A stretch of DNA of 39,845 bases from Malacoraja senta. Its lineage: Eukaryota. The translations under genes and the position numbers were made by a program. The stretch covers positions 62,001 to 101,845 of the forward strand of contig JAXLNO010000275.1 of NCBI GenBank assembly GCA_038087875.1, read 5' to 3'. The notes beneath the pieces are model-generated. The model searched no databases and had not been told where the DNA came from. It saw nothing but the letters and a program-made list of their open reading frames with translations. Positions 12,037 to 23,000 of the stretch are shown piece by piece. The number at the start of each line of letters is the position of its first letter. Within the stretch, counting starts at the first letter, position 1.

Positions 12037-12723
12037 CCGGCATGGTGGGGCAGCGGTAGAGTTGCTGCCTCACAGCGCCAGGGACCCCGGTTCGATCCTG
12101 ACCACAGGTGCTGCCTGTACGGAGTTTGTGCGTTCTCCCGTGACCTGCGTGGTTCTCTCCGGGACCTCCGGTTTCGACCCACACTCAACAGACAATAGGT
12201 GTAGGAGTAGGCCATTCGGCCCTTCGAGCCAGCACCGGCATCCAATGTGATCATGGCTGATCATCCCCAATCAGTACCCCGTTCCTGCCTTCTCCCATTC
12301 CTATCCTGACTCCGCTATCTTTAAGAGCCTATCTAGCTCTCTCTTGAAAGCATCCAGAGAACCCGCCTCCACCGCCCTCTGAGGCAGAGAATTCCACAGA
12401 CTCACAACTCTCTGTGAGAAAAAGTGTTTCTCATCTCCGTTCTAAATGGCTTACCCCTTATTCTTAAACTGTGTGTGGCCCCTGGTTTCTGGACTCCCCC
12501 AACATCAGAGACATGTTTCCTGCCTCTAGCGTGTCCAAGCCCTTAACAATCTTATATGTTTCAATGAGATCCCCTCCAAAGGTTTATAGGTTAATTGGCT
12601 TGACACAGTCTATTGTAAATTGGCCCTAGTGTGTCGGACAGTGTTAGCGTGCGGGGATCGCTGGTCGGCGGAGACTCGGTAGGCCGAAGAGCCTGTTTCC
12701 GCGCTGTACCTCGAACTAAACTA
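12037..12723 (+). mobile_element. V-SINE interrupted by an antisense CR1 3' fragment (~12188-12575)
   Basis: SINE head and V-domain up to cccacactc, then a reverse CR1, then SINE resumes at tccaaaggtttataggttaattggc. Confidence 0.8.
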
Positions 12724-13721
12724 CACAAATTTCTTCAGTTCCATTACCTCGTTCATTAACAGCATCTGAGAAATCGATGGATGAGAAATTGGACTGAATA
12801 TTCATCTGTGAACTAGATTGAACCACTAAGCTATAAGGACTTAGGCCGAAGATAGACACAAAACGCTGGAGTAACTCAGCGGGTCAGGCAGCATCTCTGG
12901 AGAGAAGGGTGGGTGACGGTTCGGGTCGAGACCCTTCTTCAGACAATCTTCTGCATCTGTGTCTATCTTCGGTTTAAATCAACATCTGCAGTTCCTTCTA
13001 CAGCAGAATTAGGCCATTCGGCCCATCCAATCTACTCTGCCATTCAATCATGGCTGATCTATTTTTCCCTCTCATCCCCATTCTCCTGCCTTCTCCACAT
13101 AACATTTGACACCCATTACTAATCAGGTTCATAGGTTCTAGGAGCAGAATTAGGCCATTCGGCCCATCGAGGTCTACTCCGCCATTCAATCATGGCTGAT
13201 CTATCTCTCCTCTCAACCCCTTTCTCCTGCCTTCTCCCTGTAACCTTTGACACCCGTACTAATCAAGAACCTATCAATCTCCGCTTTAAAAACGGCCAAT
13301 GTTTTGGCCTCGTCTGTGCAATGACTTCCACAGATTCACCACCTTCCGGCTAAAGAAATTCCAACTGATCTCCATTCTAACCCTTTCTCTAGATTATAGG
13401 AATGCATGGATTTAGAATAATAAAGGGAAAGCGAGAGATAGAAGAGAAAGAATGAGGAAGGCCGAGAGAAAGAGGAAGAATCGGTGGTAATTATGGTTTC
13501 AATAGTTGGAGTGCGAGGTTCTAGTCACAGAGTGATACAGCGTGGGAACAGGCCCTTCGGCCCAACGTGCCCAGACCGGCCAACGTGTCCCAGCTACACT
13601 AGGCCCGCGTTTGGCCCACATCCCTCCAAACCTGTCCAACTGTTTCTTAAACATCGGGATAGTCCCAGCCTCAACTACCTCCTCTGGCAGCTTGTTCCAT
13701 ACACCCTAATTCTCTCGTGTT

Positions 13722-14058
13722 AAAGAAGGAACTGCAGATGCTGGAAAATCGAAGGTACACAAAAATGCTGGAGAAACTCAGCGGGTGCAGCAGCGTCTAT
13801 GGAGCTTTCGGCCTGAAACGTTGCCTATTTCCTTCAGGGTTTCGGGCCTGAAACGTTGCCTATTTCCTTCAGGGTTTCGGCCCGAAACGTTGCCTATTTC
13901 CTTCAGGGTTTCGGCCTGAAACGTTGCCTATTTCCTTCAGGGTTTCGGCCTGAAACGTTGCCTATTTCCTTCAGGTTTCGGCCTGAAACGTTGCCTATTT
14001 CCTTCGCTCCATAGATGCTGCTGCACCCGCTGAGTTTCTCCAGCATTTTTGTGTACCC
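13722..14058. mobile_element. Fold-back Penelope-like derivative with an internal 6x34-nt tandem array
   Basis: Inverted arms ggtacacaaaaatgctggagaaactcagcgggtgcagcagc..ctatggagc / gctccatag..gctgctgcacccgctgagtttctccagcatttttgtgtacc flank repeats of tttcggcctgaaacgttgcctatttccttcaggg. Confidence 0.8.
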
Positions 14059-14357
14059 TAATTCTCCTGATGTTTTCTCTGCTCTGGGTTGTTCTGTCAG
14101 TTCCCATTCAACCACCGTCGATACGAATCTGTTGTCTTTGCTTTCGGTAGAAGATTGCACCGCACGGTTTTACACAGTGACAGGTGGCCTGGTTCCTGAT
14201 GAGCGCCTTATCCCGACACTCGGACAAGAGGACCATTTGCCCTGCATGACCAATGGTCCGTGTTTTAACTGTTTGTGTTCTTACCCGGGCAACTTTAGGT
14301 ACAGCGTGGAAACAGGCCCTTCCGCCCACCGAGTCCACACCGACCAATGATCAACCC

Positions 14358-15116
14358 TCTATCTAAATGGCGTCAAGTTGGGAAAAGGGGAAGTACAACG
14401 GGATCTGGGGGTCCTTGTTCATCAGTCTATGAAAGTAAGCATGCAGGTACAGCAGGCAGTGAAGAAAGCGAATGGCATGTTGGCCGTTATAACAAGAGGA
14501 ATCGAATATAGGAGCAAAGAGGTCCTTCTGCAGTTGTACAGAGCCCTAGTGAGACCACACCTGGAGTATTGCGGGCAGTTTTGGTCCCCTAATTTGAGGA
14601 AGGACATTCTTGCTATTGAGGGAGTGCAGCGTAGGTTTACAAGGTTAATTCCCGGGATGGCGGGACTGTCATATGCTGAGAGAATGGAGCAGCTGGGCTT
14701 GTACACTCTGGAGTTCAGAAGGATGAGAGGGCATCTCATTGAAACATATAAGATTGTTAAGGGCTTGGACACGCTAGAGGCAGGAAACATGTTCCCGATG
14801 TTGGGGGAGTCCAGAACCAGGGGCCACAGTTTAGGAATAAGAGTAAGCCATTTAGAACGGAGACGAGGAAACACTTTTTCTCACAGAGAGTGGTGAGTCT
14901 GTGGAATTGTCTGTCTCAGAGGGTGGCAGAGGCCGGTTCTCTGGATGCTTTCAAGAGAGAGCTAGATAGGGCTCTTAAAAATAGCGGAGTCAGGGGATAT
15001 GGGGAGAAGGCAGGAACGGGGTACTGATTGGGGATGATCTGCCATGATCACATTGAATGGCGGTGCTCGCTCGAAGGGGCGAATGGCCTCCTCCTGCACC
15101 TATTGTCTATTGTCTA
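14358..15116 (+). mobile_element. CR1 LINE 3' fragment, longest and best preserved in the window
   Basis: Open reading YLNGVKLGKGEVQRDLGVLVHQSMKV...LYRALVRPHLEYC...RTRGHSL, plus a 3' UTR ending ctattgtctattgtcta. Confidence 0.92.
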
Positions 15117-15280
15117 CGAACTTCAGACTTTGGAGATACAGCGTGGGAACTGGCCCTTCAGCCATCACCCCGTATACTAGCAGTATCCTACACGCACGGG
15201 GACAATTTACAGAAGCCAATTCACCTACAAGCCCCCGTGTCTTTGGGATGTCGGTGGTAACCGGAGCACCCAGAGAAAAT

Positions 15281-15885
15281 CCTACGGGTGCTGTCTGTAC
15301 GGAGTTTGCACGTTCTCCCCGTGACTGCATGAGTTTTCTCCGAGATTTTCAGTTTCCTCCCACACTCCAAAGACGTGCAGGTTTGTAGGGTTACATGTAG
15401 CCCTCACTCAGAGGACGTCAGGAAAGGCTTGGGAGTATAGATAAGTCTTTAGTCTTGACTTAAAAGAGTCGATGGAGGGGGCAGTTCTGATGGGAAAGGG
15501 GATGCTGTTCCACAGTCTAGGGCCTGCAACCGCAAAGGCCCGGTCGCCCCTGAGCTGATGCCTAGACCGTGGGATATTCAGCAACCCCAAGTCGGCCGAT
15601 CTGAGGGGCCTGGAGGTGGAGTGGTGGGTGAGAAGACTTTTTATGTAGGTGGGGGCAAGCCCATTGAGGGCTTTGTAGACATGGAGGAGGATCTTGAAGT
15701 TTATACCGAACCGCACAGGGAGCCAGTGGAGAGAGGCCAGGATCGGGGTGATGTGGTCCCTTTTTCGGGGTGCCCGTCAGGAGTCTCGCTGCGGCGTTTT
15801 GGACTAATGCGCGGGGATCGCTGGTCGGTGTGGACTCGGTGGGCCGAAGGGCCTGTTTCTGCGCTGTATCTCCAAACTAAACTAG
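15281..15885 (+). mobile_element. V-SINE body hosting an L2 fragment
   Basis: V-domain at 15281-15393. The SINE tail resumes at 15805 (taatgcgcggggatcgctggtcgg). Confidence 0.75.
15394..15804 (-). mobile_element. L2-clade LINE ORF2 C-terminal fragment
   Basis: VQNAAARLLTG(1-nt frameshift)DHITPILASLHWLPVRFGINFKILLHVYKALNGLAP...GDRAFAVAGPRLWNSIP...FKSRLKTYLY, the classic L2 C-terminus. Confidence 0.88.
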
Positions 15886-15887
15886 TT

Positions 15888-16566
15888 TTGCTTGGGCAGT
15901 TTGCACCCCAACGGTATGAACATTGACTTCTCTAATTTCAGGATGTCCCTACTTTCTCCTCCCCTTCCCAGCTCTCCCTCAGCCCACTGTCTCCACCTCT
16001 TCCTTTCTTCTTCCCGCCCCCCCCCCCATCAGTCTGAAGAAGGGTCTCGACCCAAAACGTTGCCTATTTCCTTCGCTGCACAGATGCTGCCTCACCCGCT
16101 GAGTTTCTCCAGCATTGTTGTCTACCTTAAACTAAACAAATGACTGGTTCTGCATAACCCCTTTGTAAACAAAATTGTAGTGACTTAAGTGGACCCTTCC
16201 ATATCTCTAGTTTCCCTCTCCCCTGCCTCTCAGTCTGAAGAAGGTTCTCGACTCACAACGTTACCCATTCCTTCTTCTCGAACTTCAAATAACCCTTGCT
16301 TTCCCTCTCTCTCTCCATCCCTCCCCACCCTAATTCTCCGACTAGTTTCACTGCCCTCCGGATTACCAATGATCCTTGATCTCTGTCCCCTTTGATCTCT
16401 CATTTTCACACCTTACCCTTCCATATCTCTGTGTCTCCCTCTCCCCTGACTCTCAGTCTGAAGAAGGGTCTCGACCCGAAACGTCACCCATTCCTTCTCT
16501 CCAGAGACGCTGCCTGTCCCGCTGAGTTACTCCAGCTTTTTGTGTCTATCTTCGGAGTAAACCAGG
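15888..16566 (+). mobile_element. Cluster of Penelope-like 3' ends with three hammerhead-like motifs (16034, 16235, 16458)
   Basis: LGSLHPNGMNIDFSNFR GIY-YIG end. The ctgaagaagg..tctcgac.. motif occurs three times, and the copy at 16458-16485 is intact. Confidence 0.75.
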
Positions 16567-17189
16567 GGAAAAGATTTAATAGGAATCTGAGGGGTAACTT
16601 TTCCCACACAAAGGTTGGTGGGTGTATGGAACGAGCTGACAGAGGAGGTAGTTGAGGCAGGGACTATCCCAGCGTTTAAGAAATAGATAGACAGGTACAT
16701 GGATAGGACAGGTTTGGAGGGATATGGACCAAGCGCAGGCAGGTGGGACTAGCAGAGCTGGTGTGGGCAAGTTGCTTCCACACTGTATCACACTATAACC
16801 CTATCTGCAGTTCCTTCCGACACACGTGTAGTCACTTAAACTTCCTTACACTCTGAAGTAGAAATTCCAGCTTCCCACTGGCTGTTAAACACAAATACAA
16901 GCCAGTATGTTCTGAAGGAAACTCGGCTGGGAGTCACTGAATTGGCAGGCAAATCTATTTTCAGCTTACTGCCTTTGTTCTAGGACAATATCCGACTCTG
17001 CTTACTCTCCACAGCCTCACTTAAGTTGCTCATTTAATTCCACGAGTGAAGGGATTTGCAAAGTGCTCATTTTGTCTCAGGGTGGCCCCTGAACCAGTCG
17101 CTAACGCCTCAGTTTATGCTCAGTTTATTGTCACGTGTACCGAGGTACAGTGAAAAGCTTTTGTGGCGTGCTAACCAGTCAGCGGGAAG

Positions 17190-17900
17190 ACTCGTTTTCA
17201 CCAGCTTCTCGTTTACACCCAACAATCAGCTAACAATGGCCTGATTCCATTATCATCGTGACTTTACAGTGCTTAGCTTTCATTCATTGTTCTTTATCTC
17301 CCTACATCACAAGGAGTGCAAGATGCCATTGTATGCAAGTCCCGAGAACCGGGTTCATCTCTGGCTGAACAATTTCTAATTCTTCAGTCTGAAGAAGGGG
17401 TTCGGCCCGAAACGTCGCCTATTTTCTTCGCTCCGTAGATGCTGCCTCACCCGCTGAGTTTCTCCAGCATTTTTGTCTGCCTTCTATTCTTGTGATGTGG
17501 ACTCGATAAAAAGATAGACAATAGACAATACGTGCAGGAGTAGAGGCCATTCGGCCCTTCGAGCCAGCACCGCCATTCAATGTGATCATGGCTGATCATC
17601 CCCAATCGGTACCCCGTTCCTGCCTTCTCCCCAGATCCCCTGACTCCGCTATCTTTAAGAACCCTATCTAGCTCTCTCTTGAAAGCATCCAGAGAACCGG
17701 CCTCCACCGCCCTCTGAGGCAGAGAATTCCACAGACTCACAACTCTGTGTGAAAAAGATCTCTCTACATCATCGTCTATCTCTCTCGTTTCCCTTTCCCG
17801 TGACCAGTCTGAAGAAGGGTCTCGACCCGAAACGTCACCCATTCCTTCTCTCCAGAGATGCTGCCTGTCCCGCTGAGTTACTCCAGCTTTTTGTGTCTAT
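17190..17900 (+). mobile_element. Penelope-like tails with intact hammerhead cores at 17389 and 17809, with an antisense CR1 (~17515-17753) between them
   Basis: CTGAAGA agggg ttcg gccc GAAA CGTC and CTGAAGA agggtc tc gaccc GAAA CGTC. Confidence 0.7.
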
Positions 17901-17901
17901 T

Positions 17902-18598
17902 AGCGGAAAGACAATAGATGATCACACTCTAGCCATCCACGGTGTACAGACATGATAAGGGAATAACATTTAGTGCCAGATAAAGGCAGTAAACTCCAAT
18001 CAAACAGGCATGGAAATCGCTATCAAAACATGGAGGGGGGGGGACACAATTTCTTGGTGGGCGCGCACACGCACACACGCAAGGTTTCGGCCGTGGGCCC
18101 TGTGGACGGTAACATCGGGAGCTGACCTGGTTGGTGACCGACTCCGAACTCCAGCAACAGCTGCTTCGTCCGCCCCGAATCGTGGGGCTTGAATCGGCCC
18201 GTTCGCGGGGGGCTTTCATTGGCCGGCGGGCGCTTCAACATCGGGAGCCTCGATCGCCTCGATGCAGCGGTTTGATTTTAAGCCGTGCCGGGCGCTGAAA
18301 GGCCCCGCGAACAGGCCGATTCAGCCCTTAGAAAGCGTCTGATAATGTCCGGATTACAAAACATGGGGGGGACTGTCTCCCAACTCTCAACACATGGGGG
18401 AAGTGACGTCCCCCCCACCCGTCCCCCCCCAGGATTTCCGCCCATGCAATCAAAGATAGTCCGAGGGTCTCCAATGAGGTCGATTGTAATTCAGGACCAC
18501 TCTCTGGTTGTGGTAGGATGGTTCAGTTGCCTGATAACAGCTGGGAAGAAACTGTCCCTGAATCTGGATGTGTGTGTTTTCACACTTCTGTACCTTTT
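17902..18598 (-). mobile_element. Rex1/Babar LINE 3' fragment (host of a hAT insertion)
   Basis: Same sequence family as 102-672; minus strand KRYRSVKTHTSRFRDSFFPAVIRQLN. Confidence 0.75.
18005..18446. mobile_element. Non-autonomous hAT-type DNA transposon
   Basis: Perfect 8-bp TSD caatcaaa (17997-18004 and 18447-18454), imperfect TIR caggcatggaaatc / gatttccgcccatg, subterminal acatgggggg repeats, GC-rich interior. Confidence 0.8.
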
Positions 18599-18804
18599 TA
18601 GGTTACAGAGAAATAAGTGGGGGGGAGGGGGGGGGGGGGGGAGATCGGGTGGTTGGTCCACACTGGAGTCTTGGAAGCTCGGACACAACCTTGTGGAACG
18701 GCTGATGAGCTTTGTCAAAGACAGACACTAAATGCCGGAGTAACTCAGCGGGACAGGCGAGAAGGAGAGAAGGAATGGGTGACATTGTACGCAAGTGCCG
18801 AGAC

Positions 18805-18935
18805 ATGGTGGATGGACAACTGGTTGGAGAATGGCTGTCCACATTGACCGGTCGGTCATCAGTGGACGTGGTTGGAGGCCAGTTCTGCTGGTGGGCTGCA
18901 GGGGGCAGTGTTGGAGCCTCCGCAACTCCCCTTCA
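18805..18935 (+). mobile_element. Ancient, highly diverged CR1-type RT fragment
   Basis: Piecewise WMDNWL...W....GGLQGAVLEP resembles the CR1 RT motif W..NWL...QRV...W..V.SGVPQGSVLGP. Confidence 0.5.
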
Positions 18936-19029
18936 GGTCTGGGGCGAAGATGCTGGCACCAATGAGTCTAAGACGGTTGAAAGGTTCTGCTACAGTTGCA
19001 CAAGACACGGGTGAGGCCACCTCTGCGGT

Positions 19030-19320
19030 CTTGTGTGGGAAAGAACAGCAGGTGCTGGTTTAAATCGAAGATGGACACAGAAATGCTGGAGTAACTCAGC
19101 GGGACAGGCGGCGTCTCTGGAGAGAAGGAACGGGTGGCGTTTCGGGGTCGAGACCCTTCTTCAGTCTGAGAGTCGGGGGAGAGAGAAATGGGAACGAGAG
19201 ATACAGAGGGTAAATTTATGAAAGATAGGCCAAAAAGAAAAGGTAGAGCCCACAATGGTCCATTGTTGGCTGTGCGCTGGGTGATAATGAGTTACACAGA
19301 CAGTGAAATGGGTGACGTTT
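19030..19320 (-). mobile_element. Penelope-like 3' fragment
   Basis: Same tail and degenerate hammerhead as 21601-21960. Confidence 0.65.
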
Positions 19321-19880
19321 GCGGGTCGAGACCTTTCTTCTTCGTCTTTTCGCTGACTGGATTGCACGCAAGATGAAAGCTTTTCACTGTACCTCGGTAG
19401 GGGTGACAATCATAAACTGTGCTATGCTAAATTAAACTAAATCTTCCTTTATCCTGTATCTGTACACTGTGGACAGCTTGATTGTAATCATGTATCGTCT
19501 TCAAACTGGCCGGATGGCACGCAACATGAAAGCTTTTCGCTGTACCTCGGTACAGGTGGCAATAAACTGAACTGTCACAGGGAAGATGGAGTAACTCAGA
19601 GGGTCAGGCAGCAACTCTGGGGGGGAAAGGATGGGTGACGTTTGTGGCTGGGACCCTTCTTCAGACCCGAAACGTCACCCATTCCTTCTCTCCAGAGATG
19701 CTGCCTGACCCGCTGAGTTACTCCAGCACTTTGTGTCCATCTTCGGTTTAAACCAGCACCTGCAGTTCCTTCCTAACCTTAACTAGACCCTTCTTCAGAC
19801 TGAACAGTCATTCCTGTTTGTCTTGGGTCCGTTCACACCCACCCAAGAGAACAGTCGGGGGCCTCATTAGAGAGAAGGTC

Positions 19881-20150
19881 GGCACGGTGGCGCAGCGGTG
19901 GAGTTGCTGCCTCACAGCGCCAGAGACCCGGGTTCGATCCTGACTACGGGCGCCGTCTGTTCGGAGTTTGTACGTTCTCCCCGTGACCTGTGCTCTGGTT
20001 TTCTCCCACACTCCAAAGACTTGTAGGTTTGCAGGTTAATTGGCTTTGGAAAAAATTGTAAATTGTCCCCAGTGTGTGTTAATGTGCGGGGATCGCTGGA
20101 CGCTGGACCCGGTGGGCCGAAGGGCCTGTTTCCGTGCTGTATCTCTAAAC
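19881..20150 (+). mobile_element. V-SINE (HE1-like)
   Basis: A/B boxes, V-domain, CR1-like tail. Confidence 0.85.
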
Positions 20151-20419
20151 ACAGAGGGCGATGCATCTGAGAGAAGACTCCTCTGACTGCGTTGTCAGTG
20201 AGAGACAGAGAACAAATGTGTTTCACGGAGCCACTCCAGAATTGCCAGGGCAGCATGGGGTTAACGGGCACTGCAGGGGGTGGCGAAGTCAGAACCAAAG
20301 TTGTGTTCATACTGACGTCGTCCTTTTATATTAACATCCTGCAGCATCACCTCCTTGGAGCAGTGTGCCCTTGAGGAGAGACAAAGACATCTCCACACAG
20401 CACCCTGAGTCTCCCACAC

Positions 20420-21143
20420 ACTGATGCACACAGACACGCGCACACACACACACGCACGCACACACGCACACCACATATACATACAGAGAGACACACGCAC
20501 ACACACACACGCACACACACACGCACACACACACACGCACACACACACACGCACACACACACACACACGCACACACATATGCATACAGAGAGACATACGC
20601 ACACACACACATGCACACAGAGACACGCACATATGCACACACATGTACCCGCACACGCACATATGCACACACATGTACCCGCACACACACATACGCACAC
20701 ACACATGTACCCGCACACGCACACACACATATGCACACACACATGTATGCGCACACATATGCATACAGACAGAGACACACACACACACACACACATACAC
20801 GCACACACATGCACACACATACGCACACACACATGTACATGCACACACAGATGCATACAGAGACACGCACACACATACACACACACACACAGAGACACGC
20901 ACATATGCACACACATGTACCTGCACACGCACACACATATGCATACAGAGACATGTGCACACACACAAGCACGCTGAGAAATGTGCGCACACACACATAC
21001 GCACGCACATGCACACAGACCCGCACAATGTACCCGCACGCGCGCACACACACATATGCATAGAGACACACGCGCACACACATGCATACAGAGACACAGA
21101 CACACACACACACACACAGACACAGACACACACACACACACAC
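20420..21143. repeat. Degenerate CA-rich minisatellite (cacatatgcatacagagagacacgcac units)
   Basis: Seen directly. Confidence 0.95.
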
Positions 21144-21600
21144 TGGAAAGGCATCCGTGCTCATTAATTTAGACAGTATCTGCTCACGAAGGCCTGTGTA
21201 AACAGTCCTTTAATTTCTGAGTTTCAGGCAGGGTTTAGATAAAACCCCAGGCTGCAGGACCTGCCTTATCACTGCCGAAACCAACTCCTGTTGGGCACAC
21301 ATCCAGGGCTAAGTCCCTGATTATTCCCAGATTCCTAAATGTGGCACCTGCTGCCTAAATATAGCTCTCGTTCACAAAGGGTTGTTGGGGCCTGTGCTTT
21401 GTATGAATCTATACTGCAGCAGAGGCAATTTCCAGGCAGCCCCTTGGTCTGAAGGAGGGTCTCGATCCGAAACGTCACCCATTCCTTCTCTCCAGAGACG
21501 CTGCCTGTCCCGCTGAGTTACTCCAGCATTCTGTGCCCATCCTAGGTTTAGCCAAGTTCAGTTTATTATCGTCAGTGTACCGAGGTAGAGTAACAAATCC

Positions 21601-22135
21601 TGTGTAGGAAGGAACTGCAGATAGACACAAAATGCTGGAGTAACTCAGCGGGTCAGGCAGCATCTCTGGAGAGAAGGAATGGGTGGCGTTTCGGGTCGAG
21701 ACCCTCCTTCAGACTGAGAGTCGGGGGGAGAGAGAAAGGGAAACGAGGGATATAGACGGCAAATTTATGAAAGAAAGGCCAAAAAGCAACGATGATCAAG
21801 GAAAGGTAGAGCCCACAATGGTCCATTGTTGGCTGTGTGCTGGGTGATAACGAGTTACACAGGCAGCGAAACTCAACAGGACGACAGTGAAACTAGTACG
21901 GCGACTAGGGTGGGGAGAGGGACGGAGAGAGAGAGAGAGAGAGGGGACGCAAGAGTTGTTTGAAGTTAGAGAAATCAATGTTTATACCGCTGGGGTGTGA
22001 GTTGCCCAAGCGGAATATGAGGTGCTGCTCCTCCAATTTGCGCTGGGCCTCACTCTGACAGTGGAGGAGGCCCAGGACTGAAAGGTCAGTGTGGGAATGG
22101 GAGGGGGAGGTAAAGTGTTTGGCAACTGGGAGATT
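21601..22135 (-). mobile_element. Penelope-like retroelement: GIY-YIG endonuclease C-terminus plus pLTR
   Basis: Minus ORF LPVAKHFTSPSHSHTDLSVLGLLHCQSEAQRKLEEQHLIFRLGNSHPSGINIDFSNFK, then the 3' region, a mutated hammerhead (~21682-21714) and the tail. Confidence 0.85.
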
Positions 22136-22692
22136 TATACAGTGGCGTCGTAATGACCCTGCCCTGACATTGTTTGTCTAACTAATGAAGTGAAGGCCAG
22201 TGGGTCTTTACCAACTTATCTACTACGTTTATAAGTCTATAAGTGAACGGGAGCAGAATTAGCACATACGGCCCTCGCCATTCAATCACGGCTGATCTAT
22301 CTCTCCCTCTCAACCCCATTCTCCAGCCTTCTGCCCATAAGCCCTGACACCCGCACTGATCAAGAATCCTGCTCCCAGTCTTGGTCGGGATCGAACCGGG
22401 GTCCCTGGCGCCGTGAGGCACCAACTCTACCGTGCTGCCGTTAAATTCTAGCAATCTCGAAATAAAATAAATCTACCCGTGCTACTCTCTTCCCGAAGGG
22501 GAGTGAAGGTGCGCTGGACAGCTCGTTTCGTTAGAGAACGCAGGCCGCCTTGCAGCTGCAGCTGGTCGCAGCTCCTGCATAATTGCATCGATCGCTGGCT
22601 GGCGGGCGGGCATGATTGATGGCAGGCAGAGCGCAGTAAATGCGGCGTTGCATTAGCCGAGGTGTGGACAGGCTGCAGGACAGTTTCCACTG

Positions 22693-23000
22693 GCGACCAG
22701 AGGCCACAGCCTCAGATTTAAAGGACGTTCCGTTAGGAAGGAGATGAGGAGGAATTTCTGCAGTCAGAGGCTGGTGAAACTGTGGAATTCATTGCCACAG
22801 ACGGCTGTGGAGGTCAAGTCAATGGATATTTTTATGGCAGAGATAGATAGATTCTTGATTAGTACGGGTGTCAGGGGTTATGGGGAGAAGGCAGGAGAAT
22901 AGGGTTAGGAGGGAGAGATAGATCAGCCATGATTGAATGGCGGAGTAGACTTGATGGGCCGAATGGCTGAATTCTGCTCCTAGAACTGATGAACATAAGT
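22693..23000 (+). mobile_element. CR1 LINE 3' fragment
   Basis: accagaggccacagcctcag...ctgtggaattcattgccacag...gatgggccgaatggc. Confidence 0.8.

Noticed and set aside
13806..14005. 34-nt direct repeats as a CRISPR array
   Set aside because: Contiguous units with no spacers, eukaryotic context, derived from a Penelope tail.
14378..14896. Host gene or domesticated RT
   Set aside because: 5'-truncated CR1 ORF2 end that frameshifts before the normal terminus and has near-identical siblings in the window.
16970..16979. 10-nt microexon on minus (ctag|AACAAAGGCA|gtaagc)
   Set aside because: No polypyrimidine tract upstream and frame-shifting length; expected by chance.
18896..18910. CTCF-like motif gctgcagggggcagt
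   Set aside because: Mismatches in the 5' core and lies in a decayed RT fragment; cannot be supported from sequence alone.
22503..22525. REST/NRSE site (ggacagc half)
   Set aside because: The left half TTCAGCACC is absent.
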